Below, in pieces: positions 37,101 through 46,886 of a stretch of 64,000 nucleotides of DNA. The notes under the pieces were generated by a model. It did no database searches, was not told the DNA's origin, and was given only the letters and a program-made list of their open reading frames with translations. The translations under genes and the position numbers were made by a program. Numbering within the stretch: the stretch's first letter is position 1; each line of letters opens with the position of its first letter. The DNA comes from Deltaproteobacteria bacterium (GTDB taxonomy: Bacteria > Desulfobacterota > Deferrimicrobia > Deferrimicrobiales > Deferrimicrobiaceae): positions 11,151 to 75,150 of the forward strand of contig JACRIV010000027.1 in the NCBI GenBank assembly GCA_016220005.1. The letters are read 5' to 3'.

Positions 37101-38159
37101 ATCGCTCGGTCTCCCGTTTGGCCCCCCCGCCGTTTGCCGGTTGGATTCTCGCTCCCCGCCCAGCGCGATCCTGCCGATCCAGGCGGCAGCCTCCTCGTCG
37201 GAAAGGGGATCCTCCGCGGCGCGAGCCTCCGGCCGGAAGAGGGTGATCGCGCGGAACCCCCGCGCCATGGCGATCAGCCCTGCGGATTTGAACCGGAGGG
37301 TGCACATCCGCGCGTACGGGATGCCGCACGCCTTCCCGGCGGTGCGCACGCGGGAGAACAGGCCGATGTCGACCCGGTACGGGATGAACGGTCCTTCCCG
37401 GACGGTCACCGCCGGAGCCCCTCCTGCGCTCCGGGGGAACTCGATGAAGACGCCGCTTCCTCGTAAGACCGGGCGCCGGTACTTCGCGAGGAAGAACTTC
37501 ACCTCCGCCTCGTCGCCGGAATAGAGGAGGATGAAGGGCCGTGGCGCGGCCCCCGCGGGAAGGAGCCACTGGTCCACCCAGCCGGCCGCAAGGTTCCGCG
37601 GCCCGGGAGAGGAGTCTCCGCGCGCCCATTCCCCCGCGGCGAGAACGGCCAGCGCCGCCCCCCCCACGACCCCCGCACCGGGGAGGGGCGGAAGATAGAG
37701 GAGCGTGGCTCCCCCCGCCAGGGTGGCGAGCGCCAGGGAAAGGAGCAACCCGAGGAAATAGGAAGCGTGGCGCAGCGCCGCCTTCCGGGAGAAGCGTCCG
37801 GATGCGTTGAGCCTGCAGTGAAGGGGAACGGCGAGGAAAAGCGCCTTCCGGTCCCGCTCCGACGGATCTCCCGGAATGACCGCCACGGACCGCCTCACTT
37901 TCGGGCCCAGCCAGTCCAGGGGAGAAAAACCGCATGCGTCAAGGAGGAGGAGCAGGGAGCCCGAAACGCCGACGAGGAACGCCGCGGCCGGCCGGCCGGC
38001 AGCGAGGAGGAACGCGCCCGCGGCGCAAAGCCCGAATCCCGCGGAGGCGGAAAGCTGCGGCCATGCCGGCACGCGGAATCGCTCGACCACGACGTCCACC
38101 CCCTGTCCGCGGAGCGCCGTTGCGACGGCTTCGATCCCTCCACATTGTTTCCCCTGCAC
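37074..38159 (-). CDS. Hypothetical membrane protein (possibly degenerate M28 peptidase-like)
   Basis: Long ORF with four hydrophobic segments inserted into a soluble domain; start uncertain. Confidence 0.55.
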   Translation of the reverse strand: MQGKQCGGIEAVATALRGQGVDVVVERFRVPAWPQLSASAGFGLCAAGAFLLAAGRPAAAFLVGVSGSLLLLLDACGFSPLDWLGPKVRRSVAVIPGDPSERDRKALFLAVPLHCRLNASGRFSRKAALRHASYFLGLLLSLALATLAGGATLLYLPPLPGAGVVGGAALAVLAAGEWARGDSSPGPRNLAAGWVDQWLLPAGAAPRPFILLYSGDEAEVKFFLAKYRRPVLRGSGVFIEFPRSAGGAPAVTVREGPFIPYRVDIGLFSRVRTAGKACGIPYARMCTLRFKSAGLIAMARGFRAITLFRPEARAAEDPLSDEEAAAWIGRIALGGERESNRQTAGGPNGRPSDLTASRNGV

Positions 38160-38309
38160 GTGCCGTGTCCCCTCGGCGTTCGGTTTGCGTTATCCTCCCA
38201 CCGCGCGACCTCCGCGTAAAGGTTCTGTATAATTAGCTGACGCCGCCGCCACGCCATGCGTGCGCCGCTGACGCCTGGACCGCGCTGGAGACTCATGCAG
38301 CAGGGGACG

Positions 38310-38478
38310 GCCCGCGTGCGAGCCGCCGCAACGGGGTGCCCTTCGCGGGGGTCTGAGCGACGAAGCGGGAGCCAGGGATGGCGGAGCAAGGAGCGACGAA
38401 GCCGCCGCCCGTCCAGGGACGGACGGGCAAGGCGTCCCCCGCGAGGGGTACCCCGTGAGGCGAGCGTAGCACGCCAGC
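38310..38478. repeat. 169-bp dispersed repeat (MITE-like), copy A
   Basis: About 12 mismatches versus 48269-48437; terminal inverted repeat GCCCGCGTGC..GCACGC(CA)GC. Confidence 0.9.
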
Positions 38479-38522
38479 GGAGCCCTCGGGACGGAAATGA
38501 AGCACGACGGGGAGGTGATCGT

Positions 38523-39491
38523 ATGGGAAGCGCGCCCAAGGTCGTCGTCACGCGCCGGCTGCCGGGAGTCTCCCTGGCGCGCCTTGCGGAGAAGGCTGTG
38601 TTGGCGGCGGAGCCGCCCGAGGTCCCGATGGGCCGGGAGGAGCTGCTGTCCCGGGTTCCCGGGGCCGCGGGGATTCTGTGCACCCTTGCGGACCGGATCG
38701 ACTCCCCGCTCATGGAGGCGGCCGGTCCCTCACTCAAAGTTGTTTCGAACTACGCGGTGGGCGTCAACAATATCGACCTGGCGGAGGCCGCGAGGCGCGG
38801 GATCCGGGTCTGCAACACGCCGGACGTGCTCACCCAGGCGACCGCCGACCTCGCCTTCTCCCTGATGCTGGCCGCGTCGAGGAAGCTCTCCGATGCGGAA
38901 CGGGCCTTGCGCGCGGGGCGGTTCACGGGATGGGACCCATGGGGATTCCTGGGCATGCCCGTTTACGGGAAGACGCTGGGTATCGTCGGGATGGGGAAGA
39001 TCGGGAGCGCCGTGGCTGTGCGGGCGGCCGGGTTCGGGATGCGCATCCTTTACCATAACCGCCGGGCGCTGCCGGCGGAACGGGAGAAAGTCCTTCGCGC
39101 CGAATACCGCGGGTTCGACGCGCTCCTCACGGAGAGCGATTTCGTCGTCCTGTGCGTCCCCCTTACCCCGGAGACGCGGGGGCTCGTCGACCGGGAGCGG
39201 CTCCGGAGGATGAAGCGGTCCGCCGTGCTCGTGAACGTCTCCCGGGGAGAGGTGGTGGACGAGGGGGCGCTTGCGGCCGCCCTCTCGCAGGGGTGGATCT
39301 TCGCCGCGGGGCTGGACGTTTACGAGCGTGAGCCGCTCGTCCATCCGGACCTGCTGGCCGCGCCGAAGGCGGTGCTCCTCCCGCACATCGGGAGCGCCAC
39401 CCTGGAGACGCGGGAGCGGATGGGGCGGCTGGCGATGGAAAATCTGCTGGCGGTCCTCTCGGGGACGGAACCCCCGTGCGCCGTCAATTGA
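38523..39491 (+). CDS. D-2-hydroxyacid dehydrogenase (glyoxylate reductase/D-glycerate dehydrogenase-like)
   Basis: NYAVGVNNID, NTPDVLT, GIVGMGKIG, NVSRG, GLDVYEREP, LPHIGSAT. Confidence 0.93.
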   Translation: MGSAPKVVVTRRLPGVSLARLAEKAVLAAEPPEVPMGREELLSRVPGAAGILCTLADRIDSPLMEAAGPSLKVVSNYAVGVNNIDLAEAARRGIRVCNTPDVLTQATADLAFSLMLAASRKLSDAERALRAGRFTGWDPWGFLGMPVYGKTLGIVGMGKIGSAVAVRAAGFGMRILYHNRRALPAEREKVLRAEYRGFDALLTESDFVVLCVPLTPETRGLVDRERLRRMKRSAVLVNVSRGEVVDEGALAAALSQGWIFAAGLDVYEREPLVHPDLLAAPKAVLLPHIGSATLETRERMGRLAMENLLAVLSGTEPPCAVN

Positions 39492-40005
39492 AGCCGAACC
39501 CCTTCTTTTTCAGGAGGTCGATAGGATCGAAGGTCCCGTTCCTGGAGAAGGGGATGCGAACGACGCCGGCGACAGGCGCCCGGATTCCCACGGACCCGTT
39601 GAACTCGTAATCGAGGTGGCGGGTCTGCAGCACATGGCGCAGGACCTCCCGGAACGCCTCGGGGCGCACCGTGAGCGGCATCTTGACCATCGTAACCCCC
39701 GAGGGCTCGATCCGGATGTCGGACCGGTACTGCTCCCCTTCCGCCACGGTCTCACGTCCGAGAACCGCCGTGTAGGCGACATAGGCGACGTCTAACGGAT
39801 ACCCGTTCGGGTTGTCTACCGCAAGGGTCAGTGTGAGTCTCCACGGCGCTGCGGGATCGTCGATGGAATGCGACGTGATCGCGGCATCCGTCACCCGGAC
39901 CTTCGGCGGCTTGAACACCTCCTTGATCAGCGGCCTGCAGGAGGCTGCCGCGAAGGAGAGCGCGGCCAGCAATGCAAGGGAGAAAAAGGGTTTGGCGATC
40001 CGCAT
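39484..40005 (-). CDS. LEA type 2 (WHy) domain lipoprotein
   Basis: MRIAKPFFSLALLAALSFAAASC lipobox; VDNPNGYPL motif. Confidence 0.8.
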   Translation of the reverse strand: MRIAKPFFSLALLAALSFAAASCRPLIKEVFKPPKVRVTDAAITSHSIDDPAAPWRLTLTLAVDNPNGYPLDVAYVAYTAVLGRETVAEGEQYRSDIRIEPSGVTMVKMPLTVRPEAFREVLRHVLQTRHLDYEFNGSVGIRAPVAGVVRIPFSRNGTFDPIDLLKKKGFGFN

Positions 40006-41581
40006 TTCCGACATCCGCGTGCCGCTCGATTTCCCGGAGAAGGAGCTCATTCCGCGGGTCCTTGCCATTATAGGAGTTTCCGAAGGGGAGATGGAGCATT
40101 TTTCCATCGTCCGGCGCGGCCTCGACGCCCGGCGCAAAGGGGACCTCCGGCGCGTCTACGCGGTGGAGTGTTCCCTTTCCGCGCCCGGGCTCGAGGAAAA
40201 GGTCTGCTCGCGGGCGCCGTCCGCGCGCCGCTACGAGCCCCCTCCCGATCCCTTTCCGTCATACAGGATCCGTCCGCCCGTCGTGCGGCCGGTGGTCGTG
40301 GGGGCCGGACCCGCGGGGCTCTTCGCGGCCCTGACCCTTGCCCGGTTCGGCGCCCCCCCGCTGCTCCTGGAGCGCGGCCGCCCGGTTGAGGAGCGGTCCC
40401 GCCACGTGGCGGCTTTCTGGAAGTCGGGGGTGCTTGATCCCGAAAGCAACATCCAGTTCGGCGAGGGGGGGGCAGGGACCTTTTCGGACGGGAAGCTCAC
40501 CACGCGGATCGGAGACCCCTTGGTGGAGCACGTGGTCGGCGTCTTCGAAGAGTTCGCCCCGCTGCCCGGGCTGCGGACGGAGGCCAGGCCCCATGTGGGG
40601 ACCGACCGCCTCAAGGGGTTCTGCCGCCGGATGCGGGAGGAGCTCCGCGCGCTGGGAGCCGAGGTCCGGTTTGGGGCGCGGGTCGCCGATCTCGTCGCGG
40701 AGGGCGGACAGGTGCGGGCCGTGCTCCTGTCCGACGGGGAGGAGGTCCCCTGCGCCGACCTGGTGCTGGCGATCGGGCACTCGGCGCGGGACACCCTGCG
40801 GATGCTTTTGTCTCGGGGGGTGAAGATGACCGCCAAGGCCTTTGCGGCGGGTTTCCGTGTGGAGCACCCCCAGCCCCTCATCGACCGGATCCAGTACGGG
40901 AAGGCGGCGGGGCGCGCCGGGCTTGCGCCGGCCGACTACCGGCTGGCCGTCCGGGCCCCCTCGGGCCGGGGCGTCTACTCCTTCTGCATGTGCCCCGGCG
41001 GGGAAGTGCTGGCCGGTCCTTCCGGCCCGGGGGAGATGCCCGTCAACGGGATGAGCGCCCACGGACGCGACTCGGGGTTCGCCAACAGCGGGATCGTGGC
41101 GACGGTATCTACGGCCGATTTCGGCGGAGGCGACGTGTTCGCGGGGATCCACTTCCAGGAGCTTGTCGAGGCGCGGGCGTTCCGGAAGGGGGGAAGCGAT
41201 TTCGGGATCCCCGCCATGAACCTCGTAGGGTTCCTTCAGGGGAAGGACCTGAACCTGTCCCGGGGGAAGGCGCTCGGGCGGGGGGTGGCCCGGACGAACC
41301 TGGGCGGGATCTTCCCGAAAAAGGTCGAAGAGGACCTCCGGTTCGGCCTGCGGACGTTCGGCGACAGGATGCGGGGGTTCCTCACCCAGGAGGCGACGCT
41401 CTACGCCGTGGAGTCCCGGACCTCCTCCCCCGTCCGGATCGAGCGGGAGAATTATGAATCGGTTTCCCTGAAAGGGCTGTATCCTGTGGGCGAGGGGGCG
41501 GGACACGCCGGCGGGATCGTGTCCTCGGCCGTGGACGGGATACGGGGAGCCTTGGCGCTCCTCGAGAAATTCTCCGCATAA
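39992..41581 (+). CDS. FAD-dependent oxidoreductase (uncharacterised family, about 530 aa)
   Basis: VVGAGPAGLFAAL, QFGEGGAGTFSDGKL, SFCMCPGG, GEGAGHAGGIVSSAVDG; TTG start (LAIRISDIRVPLD). Confidence 0.88.
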   Translation: MAIRISDIRVPLDFPEKELIPRVLAIIGVSEGEMEHFSIVRRGLDARRKGDLRRVYAVECSLSAPGLEEKVCSRAPSARRYEPPPDPFPSYRIRPPVVRPVVVGAGPAGLFAALTLARFGAPPLLLERGRPVEERSRHVAAFWKSGVLDPESNIQFGEGGAGTFSDGKLTTRIGDPLVEHVVGVFEEFAPLPGLRTEARPHVGTDRLKGFCRRMREELRALGAEVRFGARVADLVAEGGQVRAVLLSDGEEVPCADLVLAIGHSARDTLRMLLSRGVKMTAKAFAAGFRVEHPQPLIDRIQYGKAAGRAGLAPADYRLAVRAPSGRGVYSFCMCPGGEVLAGPSGPGEMPVNGMSAHGRDSGFANSGIVATVSTADFGGGDVFAGIHFQELVEARAFRKGGSDFGIPAMNLVGFLQGKDLNLSRGKALGRGVARTNLGGIFPKKVEEDLRFGLRTFGDRMRGFLTQEATLYAVESRTSSPVRIERENYESVSLKGLYPVGEGAGHAGGIVSSAVDGIRGALALLEKFSA

Positions 41582-41595
41582 GGAAGGTGCAGTCG

Positions 41596-42561
41596 ATGGG
41601 AAAGACGAAGTTCGTCAAGGACATAAAGGAAGGGGAGCAGGTCGGGGACCTGTTCCTGGTTGCAGCCAAGGCGCTGCTTTCCAGCAACGCGGGAAAGCCG
41701 TACCTGAACCTCACGCTGCGCGACAGGACGGGGCAGCTCGAGGGCCGGGTCTGGGACCGCGCGGAGGAGATCGGGAAGCGGTTCGAGCGGGACGACATCG
41801 TGGAGGTCACCGGGAGCGCGATCCAGTATCAGGGGCGGGTCCAGGTCAAGGTCCACGACGTCCGGAAGGTCGAGGAGGCGAAGCCGGACCTCGGGGATTT
41901 CCTCCCCGTGACGAAGCGCGGAATCGAGCCGCTCTGGAGGCGGTTGCGGGAGCTGGTGGAAGCGGTTGCGGACCCCGACCTGCGAAAGCTCCTGGAGGCG
42001 GTGTTCCCCGATCCGCCGGGGACGGAGACGGCGCGCCGGTTCCGCCAGGCCCCCGGAGGGAAGAGCATGCACCACGACTACATCGGGGGGCTGCTCGAGC
42101 ACACGGTCTCCGTGAGCATCCTCTGCCGGTTTCTCGCGGGCCACTACGAAGGGGTGAACGGCGACCTCCTGGTCGCGGGCGCGCTCCTGCACGACATCGG
42201 GAAGATCGAGGAGCTATCCTACGAGGGGACCTTCGACTACACCGATGAAGGACGCCTCCTCGGCCACCTCTACATGGGCGCCGACTGGGTCGCCCGGAAG
42301 TGCGCGGAGATCGAGGGATTCCCCCCCGAAAAGGCGATGCTCCTCAAGCACATGATCCTCTCGCACCACGGGGAGCTGGAGTACGGCTCGCCCAAGCGGC
42401 CCAAGACGCTCGAGGCGGTGCTGCTCCATTTCGTCGAGAACATGGACGCCAAGGCGAACGCTTTCACGGAGGCGATGGAGGACCTGCGCGAGGGGACCCG
42501 TTGGACGGACTACAACCGGATGTTCGGACGGTACCTCTTCTCCGGGAAGTTCGAGAAATAG
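41596..42561 (+). CDS. yhaM: 3'-5' exoribonuclease YhaM family (OB fold + HD)
   Basis: GKPYLNLTLRDRTG, MHHDYIGGLLEH, LLHDIGK, LSHHGELEYGSP. Confidence 0.9.
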   Translation: MGKTKFVKDIKEGEQVGDLFLVAAKALLSSNAGKPYLNLTLRDRTGQLEGRVWDRAEEIGKRFERDDIVEVTGSAIQYQGRVQVKVHDVRKVEEAKPDLGDFLPVTKRGIEPLWRRLRELVEAVADPDLRKLLEAVFPDPPGTETARRFRQAPGGKSMHHDYIGGLLEHTVSVSILCRFLAGHYEGVNGDLLVAGALLHDIGKIEELSYEGTFDYTDEGRLLGHLYMGADWVARKCAEIEGFPPEKAMLLKHMILSHHGELEYGSPKRPKTLEAVLLHFVENMDAKANAFTEAMEDLREGTRWTDYNRMFGRYLFSGKFEK

Positions 42562-42567
42562 GAGGCG

Positions 42568-45366
42568 CTAACTGTCCAGGACCTCGCGCACTTTTCGCAC
42601 CAGCGCATCGACCGTGAACGGCTTCTGCAGGAGCGCGGTCTCCTTCTCCATCACCCCGTGGAGAAGGATGGTTTCGTCCGTGTAGCCGGACATGTACAGC
42701 ACCTTCGCGCCGGGAAGGTACCGGCCGAGGGATTCCACGAGCTCCCTCCCCCCCATTCGGGGCATTACCACATCGGTGATCACCATGTGGATCTTCTCCA
42801 TGCAGGTCTTCGCGGTCTCCAGCGCCTCGACACCGTCGTGCGCCGCAAGGACCGTGTATCCGTGCCCCTGCAGGACGTCCAGGGCGAACCGGCGCACCAT
42901 CTCGTCGTCCTCGACCAGCAGAAGGGTTTCGTGCCCCCTGGGCAGGGCGCGGGACGGCCGGGCGGCGCCGTCCCTGGCGGGGTCTTCGGCTAAACGGGGG
43001 AGGAAGACCTTGAAGGTCGATCCCTTCCCGACCTCGCTCTCCACCAGGACGTCCCCGCCGCTCTGCTTGACGATCCCGTAGACGGTGGACAGTCCGAGTC
43101 CGGTCCCCTTGCCCGTCTCCTTCGTCGTGAAGAACGGCTCGAACAGGCGGCTTCGCGTCTCTTTGTCCATCCCGCTGCCCGTGTCGCTGATGGACAGCAT
43201 CACGTACGGCCCCGGGGGAACGTCCGCGTGCCTTCGAACGTCATCCTCCCCCAGGAACACGTTGGCCGTCTCGACGATGACCTTCCCTCCCCGCGGCATC
43301 GCGTCCCGGGCATTGATGACGAGGTTCATGATGACCTGCTCGATCTGCCCCGGATCCACCCTGACCTTCCACGGGTCGGGCTCGAGCACCGTGATCAGGT
43401 CGATGTCTTCCCCGATCAGGCGGCGCAGCATCATGTCCATGCCGGCCACGACCGTGCAGAGGTCCAGCACTTTCGGCTGCAGCATCTGCTTGCGGCTGAA
43501 GGCCAGGAGCTGATGGGTGAGGGAGGCCGCCCGGTCTCCCGCCTTCCGGATCTCCTCGACTTCCCTCCGCAACGGAGACCCCCTGTCGAGACGGTGGAGC
43601 AACAGGTCGGAGTATCCGCGGATGGCGGTCAGGAGGTTGTTGAAGTCGTGGGCGATTCCGCCCGCCAGCCTGCCCACGGCCTCCATCTTCTGGGCCTGGC
43701 GGAACCGCTCCTCGCTCTGCCGCAAGGCTTCCTCCATCTGCTTGCGCTCCGTGATATCGTCGTAGAGGACCATGATGCTCGTGATCTTCCCCGCGCCGTC
43801 CCGGAGAAGGGAGGTCCAGATGCGGACGTCGATCGGCGATCCGTCCTTTTTCCGCCGGCGGGCCTCGACGCCGATCAGGGGGATCCCCTGCCGGCTGCGA
43901 TCCAGCAGCGCCTGGAACTCCTGCCGCTTGTCCTCGGGAACGATCGGGTTGGGCCGGTCGAGCACTTCCTCTTCGCTCCATCCGAAGATCCGCTCGGCGG
44001 CGAGGTTCCACATCGTGATTATCCCGTCCGGGTCGAGGCACATGATGGCCAGGGGGGACGCCTGGATCAGCCCCATCAGCTTTTCACCGGCCTCCCGCAC
44101 CACCTCCTCCGCCCGCTTGCGGTCGGTGATGTCGATGATCAGCCCGTCGACGTAGGCGAAGTTCCCCGCGGCGTCGTAAATGAACTTGCGCCGGTCGACA
44201 AGCCACCGGATGCTGCCGTCCCGGTGCCGGAACCGGTACTCCACGCGCAGGAAGTCATTCCTTGCATGCACGGCTTCGTGGAAGAGGCGCTTCAGCATGA
44301 CCAGATCGTCCGGGTGGACCAGGTCCGGCCAGCGGACCTCGCCGCTCGTGAACTCCTGCGCCGTATGGCCGGTGAAACGGTAGATCCCCGTTCCCATGAA
44401 ATTCACGGACCAGTCCCGAAACCCCCGGTAGGCGACGCCCGGGACGTTGTTGATCAGGGAAAGGAGCTGGCCGGCCAGGTCCTGCTGCTCGCGGAAGATC
44501 TGGTCGTGGCGCAGGGCGATGGCGATCTGCCGGGCGACCGCCTGCGCGGAGCCGATTTCGTCCTCGGACCATGCGTGGGGCTCGGGGCGGTCGAGGAAAA
44601 GCGCGCCGAGCAGCTTGCCCCGGCCCCGAACTGGCACTCCGAGAAACGCTCCGAGGCGGAGCCGTGAAAGCTCCTTTTTCTTGGAGCCGTCATAAAAAGA
44701 ACATCTGCGGATATCATCCGTTACGACGTTCCGCCCCGATTCGATGATCGCCATGGAATCGGGGGAGCAGTGATAATGAGGCAAAACGGGACGAACGGAG
44801 GGAAACCCCGGGTCGCAATGGTCGAACAGTCTTTCCGGCTCTGCGAAGAGCCGGATCGTGCATCGGGGAACCTCCAACAGTCCGCACACTCCGTGTGCCG
44901 CCTCATCCAGAACCGTCCCGATGTCCGTTTCCTGGAGGACCAGATTCCCGATCCCGTTCAGTAAGTTGAGCCGCGCGGAGGAGAGGTCGGCGCGCTGGTC
45001 CGCCAGTTTCCGGTCCGTGATGTCGGAGACGAAATGGATTGCCCCCGCCACCTTCCCCGCGGCATCGAAGAAGGGAGAGGCGGCAATCCTGGCCCACGTC
45101 TTCCGAGCGGGCAGCTCGATTTCCACCGGGCCCTGTCCGGGCCCTCCTTTCAGGGGACAGGCGGGACAGACCTCTTCCGCCACCTCGGCGTCGTGGAGCG
45201 TCTCGTGGCATCTCCTGCCGAGGACTTCCCCTGCAGGCCGGCCCAGGAAAACCGACATCGACCGGTTGATCCAGACGACGCGGAAGGAGGTATCGACGAC
45301 GGCGATCGCTTCGGGCAAGGCATCGAAGAGATTTTCCCAATGGCCATTGTCGAACACGGTCTCCAT
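42568..45366 (-). CDS. PAS/GAF hybrid sensor histidine kinase-response regulator
   Basis: Three PAS domains, a GAF domain, AHDFNNLL, NARDAM, GTGLGLS, C-terminal REC. Confidence 0.93.
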   Translation of the reverse strand: METVFDNGHWENLFDALPEAIAVVDTSFRVVWINRSMSVFLGRPAGEVLGRRCHETLHDAEVAEEVCPACPLKGGPGQGPVEIELPARKTWARIAASPFFDAAGKVAGAIHFVSDITDRKLADQRADLSSARLNLLNGIGNLVLQETDIGTVLDEAAHGVCGLLEVPRCTIRLFAEPERLFDHCDPGFPSVRPVLPHYHCSPDSMAIIESGRNVVTDDIRRCSFYDGSKKKELSRLRLGAFLGVPVRGRGKLLGALFLDRPEPHAWSEDEIGSAQAVARQIAIALRHDQIFREQQDLAGQLLSLINNVPGVAYRGFRDWSVNFMGTGIYRFTGHTAQEFTSGEVRWPDLVHPDDLVMLKRLFHEAVHARNDFLRVEYRFRHRDGSIRWLVDRRKFIYDAAGNFAYVDGLIIDITDRKRAEEVVREAGEKLMGLIQASPLAIMCLDPDGIITMWNLAAERIFGWSEEEVLDRPNPIVPEDKRQEFQALLDRSRQGIPLIGVEARRRKKDGSPIDVRIWTSLLRDGAGKITSIMVLYDDITERKQMEEALRQSEERFRQAQKMEAVGRLAGGIAHDFNNLLTAIRGYSDLLLHRLDRGSPLRREVEEIRKAGDRAASLTHQLLAFSRKQMLQPKVLDLCTVVAGMDMMLRRLIGEDIDLITVLEPDPWKVRVDPGQIEQVIMNLVINARDAMPRGGKVIVETANVFLGEDDVRRHADVPPGPYVMLSISDTGSGMDKETRSRLFEPFFTTKETGKGTGLGLSTVYGIVKQSGGDVLVESEVGKGSTFKVFLPRLAEDPARDGAARPSRALPRGHETLLLVEDDEMVRRFALDVLQGHGYTVLAAHDGVEALETAKTCMEKIHMVITDVVMPRMGGRELVESLGRYLPGAKVLYMSGYTDETILLHGVMEKETALLQKPFTVDALVRKVREVLDS

Positions 45367-45933
45367 TTTCGTTCTCGGCGTCCTTGCAGGAACCGATGCG
45401 GCGAAGGCGGGATTCGACCTCCCCGATCGTGCCCCTGGGAGCCCGTTCGCCCAGGCGCCGCAGCGTCCGGCGGCAAGCCTTTGAACGCTGACTGCTCTTG
45501 CTCCTAAGCTTCCCGGCCGGTTGGGGGTTGCGTGGGTGGTGCCCGAAACGTTACCGAGGTGAAGGGGAAAGTTTTTCCAGGAATGTTCGCCGGATATTTT
45601 TCTCCGGGGCTGTTCGGCGGTCGGTCGGACCCAGGTTCGCGCTTGGCCCCCGGACTCCCCCGGCGGTCAAAGAATCGAACGGTCCGGAGTTCTATGGTGC
45701 GGTACATAGAACCCCCCAACGACGAGAATCTAAACACCATTCTAGATCAACCGACGCGCCGGCGGCAAGGCACAAAGACCCACGAAAATTCCCCGCGTAA
45801 GACTTCCGTGTATTATTCGCCCATCGGCCGTCGGTCCGTCAGGTTCCCTGGAAAACGGTGACGACTTGTGGGATTCTTGAGGGGTCGCGAGGCGACTCGA
45901 ATCGATTCCCGTGCAACGAGGTACGTGAGGAAC

Positions 45934-46869
45934 ATGCGTGAATCGTCCCGCAGGACGCGTCTTCCCCTTCTCTTCCTGTTTCTCCTCCTCTTCGCCGCGC
46001 CCGTCCCGGCCCTGGGAGTCGAGCCGACCGCCGGGAAGGTCTTCCTCTGGAAGGCGCAGTCCAACAGGGGCGTCGCTTATATCCTGGGGTCGATCCATTT
46101 CATGAAAAGGGAGATGTACCCGCTGGACGGGAGGATCGAGGCGGCCTATGCCGGGTCAAGCGTGCTGGCGGTCGAGACCGACATCAGAGCCCGGGGCAAG
46201 GAGGGGCTGGGGAAGTTCGTCATGGAGAACGCCCTGTACCCGGAAAACGATGCGCTCGAGAAGCACCTCTCCCCGGAAACCTACGACCTCGTCCGGCGGA
46301 AGCTCTCCGACCTGGGGATGGCCCGGGTGAACAGGATGAAGCCGTGGGCGCTGGCCTTGACGGCGACCACGATCGAATACATGAAGATGGGCCTCGACCC
46401 CGAATACGGGATCGACCGCTATTTCCTCGAAAAGGCGGACGGCCGGAAGAAGATCGTCGAGCTCGAGGCGTATGATTACGTGGTCAATCTCCTGAACGGC
46501 CTGCCGGACGGGATTCAGGACCTCTTCCTCTTCTACACGCTCACCGACCTCGCGAAGGTCGGGAAGGAGATCGACGACATCATCGCCTATTGGAGCGCGG
46601 GGGACGCGCGCGGGATGGAGTCGGTGGTCTTCGAGAGCGTGAACGAATACCCGAAGCTGCGGCCGGTCTACGAAATCCTGGTCTCCCGGAGGAACCGGGA
46701 CATGGCTTCGAAGATCGAGGAGTACCTAAGGCGGGGAGAGCGCTGCTTCGCCGTTGTGGGCGCCGGCCACCTGGTGGGCAGGGACGGGATCATCGAGCTG
46801 CTGAGAGCGAAGGGGTACGCCGTCGAGCAGCTAGGGACGGTCCTGGAGAACGACGTGGCAGGACCATAA
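45934..46869 (+). CDS. TraB/GumN family protein
   Basis: Signal peptide, YILGSIH, MKPW, GIDRYF, RNRDM, VVGAGHLVG. Confidence 0.88.
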   Translation: MRESSRRTRLPLLFLFLLLFAAPVPALGVEPTAGKVFLWKAQSNRGVAYILGSIHFMKREMYPLDGRIEAAYAGSSVLAVETDIRARGKEGLGKFVMENALYPENDALEKHLSPETYDLVRRKLSDLGMARVNRMKPWALALTATTIEYMKMGLDPEYGIDRYFLEKADGRKKIVELEAYDYVVNLLNGLPDGIQDLFLFYTLTDLAKVGKEIDDIIAYWSAGDARGMESVVFESVNEYPKLRPVYEILVSRRNRDMASKIEEYLRRGERCFAVVGAGHLVGRDGIIELLRAKGYAVEQLGTVLENDVAGP

Positions 46870-46886
46870 AGCCCGCAGCCACACAC

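Noticed and set aside
45367..45933. About 570-bp divergent intergenic region as ncRNA or small ORFs
   Set aside because: Only a short hairpin (GTTCTATG..CATAGAAC) was seen; no recognisable RNA family or convincing ORF.
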